A stretch of DNA of 64,000 nucleotides from Candidatus Bathyarchaeum sp. (lineage in GTDB: Archaea; Thermoproteota; Bathyarchaeia; Bathyarchaeales; Bathyarchaeaceae). Shown here one piece after another: positions 9,988 to 19,423 of this stretch. Location of the stretch: contig JAOZIF010000171.1 in the NCBI GenBank assembly GCA_026014495.1, forward strand, positions 1-64,000. Reading direction: 5' to 3'. The notes under the pieces were generated by a model. The model was given only the letters and a program-made list of their open reading frames with translations. It was not told the DNA's origin and searched no databases. A program made the position numbers and the translations under genes. Within the stretch, counting starts at the first letter, position 1. Every line of letters begins with the position of its first letter.

Positions 9988-10365
9988 CTAGTCTTCACCA
10001 GGCTCTTCCATTTCGGGTTGGTCTATGCCCAAAATCCATGCTGTCAACATTCGACATTCATGCGGAGAAATTGGACCCCATGCACCGCATCTTGCATCAT
10101 TTGGGCACATCAAACATGGAGAATCAATAATGGAGTTGAGTGATGCAGGTTTTCGTTTAGGGTAAAGACGGTACGTCCATCTTCCTTCATACAATTCTTT
10201 TTCGCGCAGGATTAGGCCTTTGGTTTCCAGTTTTAGGGCGATTCTGCTTCCTTCTCTGCTGGTTGCGTCCAGTTCTCGCCAAAGTTCTGATTGAAGCACG
10301 CCATCGTTTCCGTTGTTGGAAATGACAGTTAATGCTTTGTATTCTAGTTCGTTGCGTCTGGGCAT
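9988..10365 (-). CDS. Winged-helix + Fe-S protein, TFE-beta / RPC34-like; start moved to MPRRNELE
   Basis: wHTH followed by PCLMCPNDARCGAWGPISPHECRMLTAW, matching the RPC34/TFE-beta four-cysteine cluster pattern. Confidence 0.75.
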   Translation of the reverse strand: MPRRNELEYKALTVISNNGNDGVLQSELWRELDATSREGSRIALKLETKGLILREKELYEGRWTYRLYPKRKPASLNSIIDSPCLMCPNDARCGAWGPISPHECRMLTAWILGIDQPEMEEPGED

Positions 10366-10577
10366 GTAATATCTGTCCTTCACGTCTTCATAATATATGG
10401 TCACGTTAAGGCATAAAAAGATGTATGTTTTTTCCACTATTTACATATATCAGTAAAAAAGCATGTTACTATTTGCTGCAACTGAACTACGAAACGTTTT
10501 AACACCGCCAAACAGAATAAACTTTCTCGATGAAACAAAAAGCCAATCAAAATGTTTAGAGAGAAGGGAACCCAAAG

Positions 10578-11606
10578 TTGCCCAAAAAAAAGCCATCACA
10601 CTCTTACTGTCTAGGAATCGAGTCCACAGCAGACGATTTCGGTGCTGCAGTAGTCTCTTTTGATGGCAAGGTTCTCTCAAACGCAAACGATGCCTACCTG
10701 CCAAAAGAGGGAGGAATCCACCCACGGGAGGCTGCTAGGCATCACGCAGAAGTCTCAGAGAAAGTGCTTGCAGAAGCGTTTGAAACTGCTTCAGTAAAGC
10801 CCCGTGAGATTAGTTTAGTCGCGTTTTCTCAGGGTCCAGGGTTAGGTCCTTGTCTTCGAACGGGTGCAACCGCAGCACGTGCATTAGCTTCCTATCTTGC
10901 TGTTCCTTTGGTGGGCGTTAATCACTGTGTAGGGCATATCGAAATTGGTAAACTGGCAACTGGCGCAGTTGACCCTGTTACTCTGTATGTTTCAGGAGGA
11001 AACACAATAGTTTCAGCCTTTGAAGCAGGCAAATACAGAATTTTCGGAGAAACCCTTGACATTGCTATGGGTAACTGCTTGGATGTTTTTGCAAGGGCTG
11101 TGGGTTTGCAGCAACGTAAGGGTGCACCTTTTGGCGCTGTTGTCGAAGAGTTGGCGCGTAAGGGCAAGAAGTTTGTTTCTCTTCCTTACACCGTGAAGGG
11201 CATGGACTTGTCTTTTAGTGGGCTTCACACCGCAGCTGTGAATGCGTTTGAGTCAAACAAGGGCACAGTCGAGGACATCTGTTATAGTCTTCAGGAAGTC
11301 GCCTTTTCCATGTTAACCGAGGTTACCGAGCGTGCTTTAGCTCATACACAAAAGCCTGAAGTGCTGTTAACTGGCGGAGTTGCGGCTAACAAGAAGCTGC
11401 AGTCGATGCTTAAAGTGGTTGCAGATGAGCATGGTGCACGTTTCTGTGTTGTTCCCCTAAAGCTTGCCGCAGACAACGGTGCTATGATTGCTTGGGCAGG
11501 AATTCTTGCATACAATAGCGGCATTTCTACGCCTATAGAGAAGAGTTTTGTTAATGTAAAGTGGCGCTTGGAGGAAGTTTATGCGCCTTGGGTGGAGGCA
11601 AAATAG
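10578..11606 (+). CDS. kae1: KEOPS t6A synthase Kae1
   Basis: GIESTA, GGIHPREAARHH, GPGLGPCL, NHCVGHIE, VSGGNT, DNGAMIA motifs. Confidence 0.96.
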   Translation: MPKKKPSHSYCLGIESTADDFGAAVVSFDGKVLSNANDAYLPKEGGIHPREAARHHAEVSEKVLAEAFETASVKPREISLVAFSQGPGLGPCLRTGATAARALASYLAVPLVGVNHCVGHIEIGKLATGAVDPVTLYVSGGNTIVSAFEAGKYRIFGETLDIAMGNCLDVFARAVGLQQRKGAPFGAVVEELARKGKKFVSLPYTVKGMDLSFSGLHTAAVNAFESNKGTVEDICYSLQEVAFSMLTEVTERALAHTQKPEVLLTGGVAANKKLQSMLKVVADEHGARFCVVPLKLAADNGAMIAWAGILAYNSGISTPIEKSFVNVKWRLEEVYAPWVEAK

Positions 11607-11607
11607 T

Positions 11608-12246
11608 GTGGTGCTGATAAAGAAAGGAGCCGAAGCCAGCCTATATTTGGAGACGTGGCATGACCGCAAAGTCATCATGAAACGGCGGCTGCCCAAAAAA
11701 TATCGTATCCCAGAACTGGACAATATGATTCGTTCTCAGCGCACAACACATGAGCCCCACATCATGCATAAGGCTAAGGAGGCTGGGGTTCCTACTCCCA
11801 CGATTTTAATGGTTGACGTTGCAGACGCTAACATTGTGATGGAGTTTGTGGAAGGAAAACAGGTTAAAGAGGTTTTGGACGCGGTTTCCAAAGAAGAACG
11901 GCTAAGTCTGTGCCGACTTATCGGCAAAATGATTGGTCGACTCCACAAGAATGGAATCATACATGGTGACCTCACAACCTCAAACATGATTTTGACGCCG
12001 TACGGCAAGGTTGTTTTTGTTGATTTCGGGTTAAGCGAACGCTCAGTTGAGTTGGAGCCTAAAGGTGTTGATTTGCATCTCATGAAGCGGACTTTGAATA
12101 GTACTCATTACAAGCACGCAAAAGAGTGCTTCAAAGCAATCATGGACGGATACGCTGAATCTGTTGGAGAAAAAGAAACAAAACAGGTCACAGCTAAAAT
12201 TCGGGAAATAGAAAAAAGAGGACGCTACGTCGCCGACAGAGAATAA
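11608..12246 (+). CDS. bud32: KEOPS kinase Bud32; GTG start after GGAGG
   Basis: KGAEA, K.RLPKKYR, HGDLTTSN, DFGL motifs; directly follows kae1. Confidence 0.95.
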   Translation: MVLIKKGAEASLYLETWHDRKVIMKRRLPKKYRIPELDNMIRSQRTTHEPHIMHKAKEAGVPTPTILMVDVADANIVMEFVEGKQVKEVLDAVSKEERLSLCRLIGKMIGRLHKNGIIHGDLTTSNMILTPYGKVVFVDFGLSERSVELEPKGVDLHLMKRTLNSTHYKHAKECFKAIMDGYAESVGEKETKQVTAKIREIEKRGRYVADRE

Positions 12247-12255
12247 TTTACAGAA

Positions 12256-13419
12256 CTAGTCTTGGTTTAATTTTGCCATCTGCTTTTTGATTATTGCAGA
12301 AAATAGTGTAGAACTTAGCAGCAAAGCTATAATGGTCCAGTTAGGAAACTCTGGAATTGCAATGGGCTGGATGAGTGGATAACTGTCTTGGGCATTGACT
12401 CCGTGAGTCACGGGCGTGTTTGTTGTTGGTTCAGTTTGGGTTGTTGCTGTCTGGATTATATGTTCTGTGTCTCCTATGCCGTCGCCATCATTGTCTATTC
12501 CGTTGTAGTTGCTCCAGTAGTTTCCATGTGTTCCATTATCCCACACGATTTGTCGTTGACCCATAGAATCTGTTTGGGAATAGGATGAACCGTAGAACTG
12601 TTCGGTGTTATCGATGAAGGAATTATGGTAAATTGTGCAGTTGCTGTAAGATAGGTAAACTCCTCTTGTGTTGTTTTCTATGTTATTCCCAACTATAACA
12701 ATGTCTATGCCGCCATAAACTGCGATGCCTGTTCCTGCACTTGCAATTCCTGTTTCTCGGTTACCCGTTATGTTGTTTCCTGTTATGTTAATGTGATGAG
12801 ACGAATCAGGGTTACAGTCCGCGTTTATTCCTATGCTGTTTTTTGTAATCAAATTTCCAGCAATGTTTACGTGGTTAGATGAACCCAGCACTATTGCCAT
12901 GATGCTTTTTGTTATGATGTTTGTTTCTATGCTTATGTTAGAAGAATAAATCAGTGTGATGCCGTTCTCGTTGTCTGTTAATGTGTTTTGGGTAATGCGA
13001 CAGTGTGAAGAGTTGTAAATCCGTATGCCGTCATGATACTTTTGTATCTCCAAATCCTTCACAGTCACATTAGTTGTGCTCTCCAAAATTACTCCAGCGC
13101 TTGCATATGTACGCCCCGTAAAATCGTATACGTGGCTTTGAATGCAATAGCCTGCCCCATCAATTATGATGTTGTTTCGCTGAATTTCAAGGGTGTAATT
13201 CACAACGTTGTTTGTGAACACATACATATCTCCAACTTGTTGTATCGGAGCCGTTACGGGGTCAACTGTTCCATCACTTCTAATGTAGATGCGTGGCAGA
13301 CTTGTGTATGGAATCGGGTCTGCGCCTACAATGTTTGTGCCTAAAAAAGAGAAGACTCCAAAGGTAAGTATCAGAACGAGAAACGCTGTTGATTTTGTTT
13401 TTTGGTTCTTTAGAGTCAT
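12256..13419 (-). CDS. Secreted NosD/beta-helix protein with PEF-CTERM-like anchor
   Basis: IYIRSDGTVDP N-terminus, beta-helix repeats, GNYWSNYNG..GDGIGD, IPEFP + TM + basic tail. Confidence 0.87.
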   Translation of the reverse strand: MTLKNQKTKSTAFLVLILTFGVFSFLGTNIVGADPIPYTSLPRIYIRSDGTVDPVTAPIQQVGDMYVFTNNVVNYTLEIQRNNIIIDGAGYCIQSHVYDFTGRTYASAGVILESTTNVTVKDLEIQKYHDGIRIYNSSHCRITQNTLTDNENGITLIYSSNISIETNIITKSIMAIVLGSSNHVNIAGNLITKNSIGINADCNPDSSHHINITGNNITGNRETGIASAGTGIAVYGGIDIVIVGNNIENNTRGVYLSYSNCTIYHNSFIDNTEQFYGSSYSQTDSMGQRQIVWDNGTHGNYWSNYNGIDNDGDGIGDTEHIIQTATTQTEPTTNTPVTHGVNAQDSYPLIQPIAIPEFPNWTIIALLLSSTLFSAIIKKQMAKLNQD

Positions 13420-13461
13420 TGTTTGGTTAATTTGTGACGAACTACTCCTAAAAACGTTTTT

Positions 13462-13512
13462 GTAAAGGTTTCTTGACCAAACAAATGATTCATTTAGTCA
13501 ATCTTTTTTGAC
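13462..13512. promoter_or_regulatory. Tandem palindromic operator GTCAA-N6-TTGAC x2 (35-bp period)
   Basis: GTCAA-TCTTTT-TTGAC at 13497-13512 and GTAAA-GGTTTC-TTGAC at 13462-13477; same architecture at 37965-38015. Confidence 0.6.
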
Positions 13513-13619
13513 CAAATTTCACCAAACCCATAACCTGCCCAAAAACAACGGTATGGTTAGGTATAAATTGCAAATCTCCAAATATGTTGACAAACTATTG
13601 TGTTGTTCTTTGAGGTGGT

Positions 13620-13901
13620 TTGTTGAGGATTCTGCTTGACGAGATGTTTGCTGGCTTAAAGGAGTATTTTGAGATTTTAGGCTGGGACGTGTTAACTGTT
13701 CAGGATGCTGGACTGCGTGGGGCAAAGGACAGAGCCGTTGCGGAGTATGCAGCAAATAATGATTTACTTCTTGTAACCGAAGACCAAAAGCCCGCGGAAC
13801 TCATGAATTTGAAAGGCGCCAAATATGTACTCATATCAAATGCAATGATTGCCAAGATAGCGGATGAGAAAATCCGAGAAAAGTATCCTGACCTCAAATG
13901 A
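13620..13901 (+). CDS. DUF5615/Mut7-like PIN-fold protein
   Basis: ILLDEM...LGWDV...GAKDRAVAEYA....LLVTED pattern. Confidence 0.75.
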   Translation: MLRILLDEMFAGLKEYFEILGWDVLTVQDAGLRGAKDRAVAEYAANNDLLLVTEDQKPAELMNLKGAKYVLISNAMIAKIADEKIREKYPDLK

Positions 13902-13957
13902 CTTTCCATAAAACATCTTAAAGTGTTGTATCCCTCTTTCATTAAGGAACAAGGACC

Positions 13958-14554
13958 ATGAAACAAAAAACATGTATTCCACAGGGTTTTCCAATGGGCA
14001 AAGTAGCCTACTTTGTGACAAGTAACGTTCACAAGTTCTTGGAAGCCCGAAACGTGCTCTCTGAATACAAACTGGCAACCGCTAAACTTGGGGTAGATGC
14101 AGTTGAGATTCAAGACCCCCGCCTAGAGACCATCGCAAAGTACAGTGTTTTGGATGCTGTCAAAAACTGTGGACTGCCAGTTTTTGTGGAGGATGCTGGG
14201 CTTTTTGTTGAGGCACTGGAAGGTTTTCCTGGACCTTATTCCAAGTATGTGTACAATACAGTTGGAGTTGAGGGGATTCTTAAACTGATGAAAAACATAG
14301 CTAATCGAAACGCCTACTTTATGTCAGTTATTGCTTTTGCCAGCCCAGACAAGCAGCCTGTGTGTTTTGTAGGCAAAGTAGAGGGAAAGCTTTCTTTACA
14401 GATGCATGGCACTTTGGGTTTTGGTTATGATCCCATATTTGTGCCGTCAGAGGGGGATGGTAGAACTTTTGCGGAGATGGCTACTGACGAAAAAAATGTG
14501 TATTCTCATCGTGCAAAGGCTCTAAGAACGTTTGCCGAGTGGTATTCATCATAA
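13958..14554 (+). CDS. rdgB: Non-canonical purine NTP pyrophosphatase (RdgB/HAM1); start may be ~13994
   Basis: TSNVHKF.E, EDAGL, GFPGPYSK, GFGYDPIF, SHR motifs. Confidence 0.94.
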   Translation: MKQKTCIPQGFPMGKVAYFVTSNVHKFLEARNVLSEYKLATAKLGVDAVEIQDPRLETIAKYSVLDAVKNCGLPVFVEDAGLFVEALEGFPGPYSKYVYNTVGVEGILKLMKNIANRNAYFMSVIAFASPDKQPVCFVGKVEGKLSLQMHGTLGFGYDPIFVPSEGDGRTFAEMATDEKNVYSHRAKALRTFAEWYSS

Positions 14555-14620
14555 AACAAACGGAGATTTTAAATACTTGCGTTCCCCTCGAAGGTAAGGA
14601 GCTTCTGGAGAAGAAGAAAC

Positions 14621-15061
14621 ATGCCAAAACAAGAAAAGGGATTATCCCATCAAACAAGACCTGTAACAAAAAGACCACCTGCATGGTGCAGATACACAGC
14701 TGAAGAAGTGGAAGCTCTGATAATGAAGCTATCCAAAGAGGGACATCCCGCAAGCAAGATAGGAATCATTCTTCGTGACCAGTATGGGGTTCCATTGGCT
14801 AAGCCGATTACAGGAAAATCGGTTACGCAAGTTCTTAAAGAACGCAAATTGTACTCGTCTCTTCCTGAAGATTTAGAGAATCTGCTAAGAAAAGCTACAA
14901 GGCTTCATGTGCACTACGACAAAAATAAGGCGGATTTACACAATAAACGAGCACTTCAGATTGCTGAAGCAAAAATCTACAAGCTCTCAAGATACTACAA
15001 GAAACGTGGAGTTCTTCCAGCAGACTGGAAATATTCGCCAAAAGCAATTGCCCTGTTCTAG
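14621..15061 (+). CDS. rps15: 30S ribosomal protein S15 (uS15)
   Basis: IGIILRDQYGVP, LPEDL.NL, EAKI.KL.RYYK motifs. Confidence 0.96.
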   Translation: MPKQEKGLSHQTRPVTKRPPAWCRYTAEEVEALIMKLSKEGHPASKIGIILRDQYGVPLAKPITGKSVTQVLKERKLYSSLPEDLENLLRKATRLHVHYDKNKADLHNKRALQIAEAKIYKLSRYYKKRGVLPADWKYSPKAIALF

Positions 15062-15367
15062 TTTTAGGGCGCTTTATTCTTAATTAAAGTTCAACACGGG
15101 TAGTGTACATAAGGAACTGGTAGAGTCGAACACTAGATTTGGTAGTTCCAGTGCTTGTCGGCACCTGTGCTGTTCTTGGAAGTTACGCATTTTTGATTTT
15201 GGTTTCTGGAACACTTTTAATGTAGTTGCTTGTTTTGTGAACTTGCAGTGTAATCCTAAGATGGTGTATGTGTGTTTCCACATGTAACTTCAAGATTATC
15301 GTATTTGTAATAAAAATTATAAACTGCAGTGTATGATATTTTACATATTCTTTGAACCGAGTATAAG

Positions 15368-16042
15368 TTGGACAAAACATCAACGTGTGAAAAGATGAAC
15401 AAACAAAAAATTAGCGTAATCTTGCTTGCAGTTGCCCTCATAATAACAGTAGTCACTATTGCGTTCATATACGCTGATGTTGCAGCTAAAAACGCTGAGC
15501 TTGACGCCAAGAATGCTGAGATTGAAGCAAAAGACGAAGACCAAACCAACGATGTGGATTCTCAGGTTGAAGACCAAAATGATTGGGAGATTGACGATGA
15601 AGATGATACTCCAATTGAGGAGCCTGAAGAAACCGATGATAACAACCCTCCGGTTGAAGAGCAAACTGGTGAACTTGACGATAAAGATGCTGTGATTGCC
15701 GCTAAAGACGCTGAAATCGCGCGTCTAAAAGAGCCAAAGGTCAGTTGGGACCTTTCATATGAAGATGTTAGACAGGAAATGGCTAACCCTGGATACCACC
15801 TCACCGTTACCGGAACAATAATCAACTATGGAGTAACCGACGTCTATAATCTTCAATTGCATGTAGTAGCCTACTATGTAACTGGTGAACTAGCAATAAA
15901 CAAATTAGAGCCTCCTGGACCATCAGAACGGCCGCCAGACTTGCCAGCAGGTACCATCTATGAAGTTGGTCGGTGGGTATATTACGAGCCAGGCTTAATT
16001 GACACTGTTAGTATAACGCCTGTATGGGATTTATCGCCATAA
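15368..16042 (+). CDS. Membrane-anchored acidic protein with C-terminal Ig-like (FxLYD-like) domain
   Basis: N-terminal TM helix, acidic linker, VTGTIINYG..VYNLQLHVVAY; resembles 18340-19074. Confidence 0.6.
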   Translation: MDKTSTCEKMNKQKISVILLAVALIITVVTIAFIYADVAAKNAELDAKNAEIEAKDEDQTNDVDSQVEDQNDWEIDDEDDTPIEEPEETDDNNPPVEEQTGELDDKDAVIAAKDAEIARLKEPKVSWDLSYEDVRQEMANPGYHLTVTGTIINYGVTDVYNLQLHVVAYYVTGELAINKLEPPGPSERPPDLPAGTIYEVGRWVYYEPGLIDTVSITPVWDLSP

Positions 16043-16153
16043 GTTGTAGTGTTCAATTATTATTTTTCATTAACACGAGCATTCGGTTGCGGTAAACTTT
16101 CAGTTAGCTGTAACCAAGAATGAGTTACATTTACCTGTGTTGCTCTGGCAAAA

Positions 16154-16369
16154 TTAGAGGTAATTCGATTTGTATTTACGTGTTTTATTATAGATTTGTC
16201 CTATCAGGAAAGCCACGACAAATGTGTAAATGATTGCAATGCTGATTGCTGTGTTTCGGTCTCCGTATATGGTGTCGACAAAAAGGAAAACTAGTATGCC
16301 CGCTACAATAATTGGGATGTAATGTAAATTAGTTATTTGCATTGAAACCCAGTTCTCTCCTTTTGACAA
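16154..16369 (-). CDS. Small two-TM hypothetical protein
   Basis: 71-aa ORF with two hydrophobic segments and a basic tail. Confidence 0.45.
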   Translation of the reverse strand: MSKGENWVSMQITNLHYIPIIVAGILVFLFVDTIYGDRNTAISIAIIYTFVVAFLIGQIYNKTRKYKSNYL

Positions 16370-16532
16370 TCCTTGTATATAATTGACATTCGTGTATATT
16401 TACTATGCTTCTGGTAGCAGTAATTACTTTTGTCTCCTAACAATTTTTCGTGAACAAAGAGAATGCCAATTTTTCCAATAACAATTAAACTGGAAAGTTT
16501 TAATATGGTCTCTTATATCTGAATTATACTCC

Positions 16533-16571
16533 GGTGACACCAAAAATTACAGCAAAAATGTTGGTGACACC
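16533..16571. promoter_or_regulatory. Two GGTGACACC palindromes 30 bp apart, next to a TATA-like box
   Basis: ggtgacacc at 16533-16541 and 16563-16571, followed by ctatatatct, upstream of the DHH gene. Confidence 0.5.
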
Positions 16572-16591
16572 CTCTATATATCTAAAATAAT

Positions 16592-18055
16592 GTGAAAATT
16601 ATGTCCGTTAGTAACCAGCAAATTGCAGACCTAACAAAAGACGCCACAGAGGCAGCCAACCTTATTTTAGAGCACATCGAAAACGGCGATGTTATTCATG
16701 TTTCTTCACATGTTGACGCTGACGGCATATCTGCAGGCGGAATCATGGGAAAAGCATTGCTTCGGGCAGGAGCAATGTTTCGTTTACGGCTAGAGCGGTG
16801 GATGGACGAGAAGGTTGCCGACAGAATTGCCGAAGAAAATGCTGCGTTAACAATTTTTACTGATATGGGAAGTGGTTACCTTGACTTGCTAGGCGAACGT
16901 CTGGCAAAAAAGGATGTTATAATTCTTGACCATCACCAGCCTGTTGCGGAGGCTCCTTCAAGTTTTGTTCAAGTTAACCCGCACACGCATGGAATAGATG
17001 GAACCCGTGACATCAGCGGCTCAGGAGTTGCGTATTTTGCAGCCAAAGCTTTGGATAAAAAGAACATTGATTTAGCCTGTTTAGCGGTTGTGGGTGCCTT
17101 GGGTGATCTGCAGGACAAGAATAAGGAGCGCAAGCTTGGTGGAGTTAACAAGGTTATTGTCCAAGATGCGGTTAAGTCGGGTTTTCTTGAAGTGGAAACT
17201 GATTTGATGTTCTTTGGACGGGAGACTCGTCCTATTCATCAGGCTCTTGCGCGTACAACAAACCCGTTTATTCCCGAGATAAGCGGTGAAGAGGACAAGA
17301 GTCTTGCTTTTCTTGTGAATTTGGGAATTAAGCCTAAACGAAATGACACGTGGCGGGCGTTAAGGGACCTTTCTTCTGACGAAAAAAAGACTTTGCTTTC
17401 TGCTATTGCAGACCATCTTGTGTCAAAGGGGTTAGGCGGAGATATTGTGTCGGATTTGGTGGGTGATGTTTACACGTTGACTACTGAAGAGCCGTGGACT
17501 CCTCTTAGGGATGCTCGAGAGTTTTCTGTTCTTCTTAACGCCACTGGACGAATGGACAAAGCTGGGTTAGGTGCAGCTATCTGTATGGGCGACAGAAAAA
17601 AGTGTCTAGAGCAGGCAACACAGGTGATACAGGATTACCGTGGTACCATCACCAGGTATCTGCGTTGGGTCACTGAAAAGCCAGAACGCCTAGAAGAGAT
17701 GGAAAGCATCTATGTTGTTCGTGGGGACGGCTTCATAGATGAAAAGGTTCTAAGTCCAGTATGCACCATCCTGTCAACAACTCTTACTCAGCTAGGAAAA
17801 CCAATAATCGCGTACGCCACCATATCTGGAGAAGACCAAGTTAAAATATCGTCTAGAGGCTCAGAGCCCCTGATACAAAAGGGCTTAAACCTTGGAGACA
17901 TCATGCAGTTTGCTGCAGAGAAGTACTCTGGCAGAGGCGGGGGACACGATGTGGCTGCTGGAGCACAAGTACCAATCAAAAATGTGGAAGCATTCCTCAA
18001 GTTGGTTAACGATTCAGTAAAGAAGCAGTTGGCAGGGGAACAGATTGGAAACTGA
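16592..18055 (+). CDS. DHH/RecJ-Cdc45 family nuclease (GAN-like)
   Basis: DADG, TDMG, DHH, GALGD, GGGH motifs; conserved rps15-DHH-pcc1-rps3ae context. Confidence 0.9.
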   Translation: MKIMSVSNQQIADLTKDATEAANLILEHIENGDVIHVSSHVDADGISAGGIMGKALLRAGAMFRLRLERWMDEKVADRIAEENAALTIFTDMGSGYLDLLGERLAKKDVIILDHHQPVAEAPSSFVQVNPHTHGIDGTRDISGSGVAYFAAKALDKKNIDLACLAVVGALGDLQDKNKERKLGGVNKVIVQDAVKSGFLEVETDLMFFGRETRPIHQALARTTNPFIPEISGEEDKSLAFLVNLGIKPKRNDTWRALRDLSSDEKKTLLSAIADHLVSKGLGGDIVSDLVGDVYTLTTEEPWTPLRDAREFSVLLNATGRMDKAGLGAAICMGDRKKCLEQATQVIQDYRGTITRYLRWVTEKPERLEEMESIYVVRGDGFIDEKVLSPVCTILSTTLTQLGKPIIAYATISGEDQVKISSRGSEPLIQKGLNLGDIMQFAAEKYSGRGGGHDVAAGAQVPIKNVEAFLKLVNDSVKKQLAGEQIGN

Positions 18056-18287
18056 GATTCGTTTAATTTACAAGAATGAACGGGAAGCCCAAGCCGTGGC
18101 AAAAGCTGTTTCTCCAGACAACGTTGAAGTTCCTTTAGGCTTAAATGTTTACACCGTAAGAAACGGCTCTGAAGTCAACACAAAAATACAGTGCCAAACA
18201 AGGTTGGAAACACTTATAGCTACCATTGATGACCTTTTGGCTTGCGTTTCAGTGGCGGAAAAAACATTCAAAGTAGCAAAAAAGTAG
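18045..18287 (+). CDS. pcc1: KEOPS subunit Pcc1
   Basis: 80 aa, A.AV.PDN motif and TLIATIDDLL helix; overlaps the DHH gene. Confidence 0.88.
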   Translation: METEIRLIYKNEREAQAVAKAVSPDNVEVPLGLNVYTVRNGSEVNTKIQCQTRLETLIATIDDLLACVSVAEKTFKVAKK

Positions 18288-18290
18288 GTT

Positions 18291-18307
18291 CCTCAAACAG
18301 TTTGAGG
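18291..18307. terminator. Perfect inverted repeat between convergent genes
   Basis: CCTCAAAC-A-GTTTGAGG. Confidence 0.35.
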
Positions 18308-18339
18308 CACAATTTTTTCCTATTTTATGTAAGTACGTG

Positions 18340-19074
18340 TTATGCATCCCATACTACAGTTATTGTCCAGTCTGCAAGCGGTTGTCCTTCATAGCTCACG
18401 TAAGTATTGATGTAATTGTGACCTGCAGGATGCAACCAATTCATTTCATACGCAGTTGTGTTTATAACCAAATTGTCTAAGGAATCATACGCCTCTACCT
18501 GCACTTTCACATTATACGCAGGACTTCCACCTACGTTGACAAGATAGCCTGAGATTTCAAGCCTGTCGGGGTTGTATGCTCTTTCATCACTTGATTGCAG
18601 GTTGATGGTTACTATATTAGGTTCCTTCAAACTTTCATATTCTGGAGCCATCTTTGCAACTTCTGCTAGTGCTTCATCCCTTTCAATAATAAGCGCAGCT
18701 ACCTCAGCTTTGAGGGCATCCCTTTCAGATTCTAGAGCATTATTATCAGCAATTAGTATTGAATTAATGCCGAAGTATTCTTCCGCTTCTGCTTTTGCGC
18801 TGTCTCTTTCAGCAACTACTGAGTCTACTTCACTCTTCAAAGCATCCCTTTCTGCAGTCAACCCTGATACTTCACTGTCCAATACATCATTTTCAATAAC
18901 CAGCGCATCTACCTGAGCATCCAAGGAGTTGCGCTCGACAACCACTTCATCATAAACAGTGCTTAAATCATCAAATTTGTTTTGAGCCTGAAAATATGCA
19001 ATAACCAAAAAAACATTTGTTACAACACTAACAGCTACTACCGCCACCAAAATCCATAACATTTTTTTGTTCAA
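18340..19074 (-). CDS. Membrane-anchored coiled-coil protein with C-terminal Ig-like (FxLYD-like) domain
   Basis: TM helix, (L/V).AERD heptad repeats, ISGYLVNVG...YNVKVQVEAYD. Confidence 0.65.
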   Translation of the reverse strand: MNKKMLWILVAVVAVSVVTNVFLVIAYFQAQNKFDDLSTVYDEVVVERNSLDAQVDALVIENDVLDSEVSGLTAERDALKSEVDSVVAERDSAKAEAEEYFGINSILIADNNALESERDALKAEVAALIIERDEALAEVAKMAPEYESLKEPNIVTINLQSSDERAYNPDRLEISGYLVNVGGSPAYNVKVQVEAYDSLDNLVINTTAYEMNWLHPAGHNYINTYVSYEGQPLADWTITVVWDA

Positions 19075-19250
19075 ACTGTTTTCTTCCCCTGTTTTTTTAC
19101 TTGATTTGTAACATGTAACTCAGTTGAAATAAAGGTTTTTTCTAATTCTAACTTTACCTCAACAAAAGGCGTTCCGCTTATTTTCCAATCTTACCGTTAG
19201 CTCTACCGTCCGTAATGCCCAAAAAACTGCAAAAACCAACAATGCAACCA

Positions 19251-19300
19251 TAATAGGAGACTAATAGCAGAACATTGTTGAAAACTAGGTTTTTTCAAAA
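19251..19300 (-). repeat. Dispersed repeat copy D
   Basis: Reverse complement of 19260-19297 is identical to 30361-30398 (38 bp). Confidence 0.92.
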
Positions 19301-19423
19301 AATTTACACACCACAGCAGTAAGCAACCCTAGAACCTGTTTGTGTCTTCACGGTTTGCGCTATAATGTTAAATATTGAGTTAGGTTAAACTTTGAAGCGA
19401 AAGCTTACAGAGGAGCACAATCG

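Noticed and set aside
15080-15283. 67-aa minus-strand ORF after rps15
   Set aside because: No family features or SD; probably intergenic.
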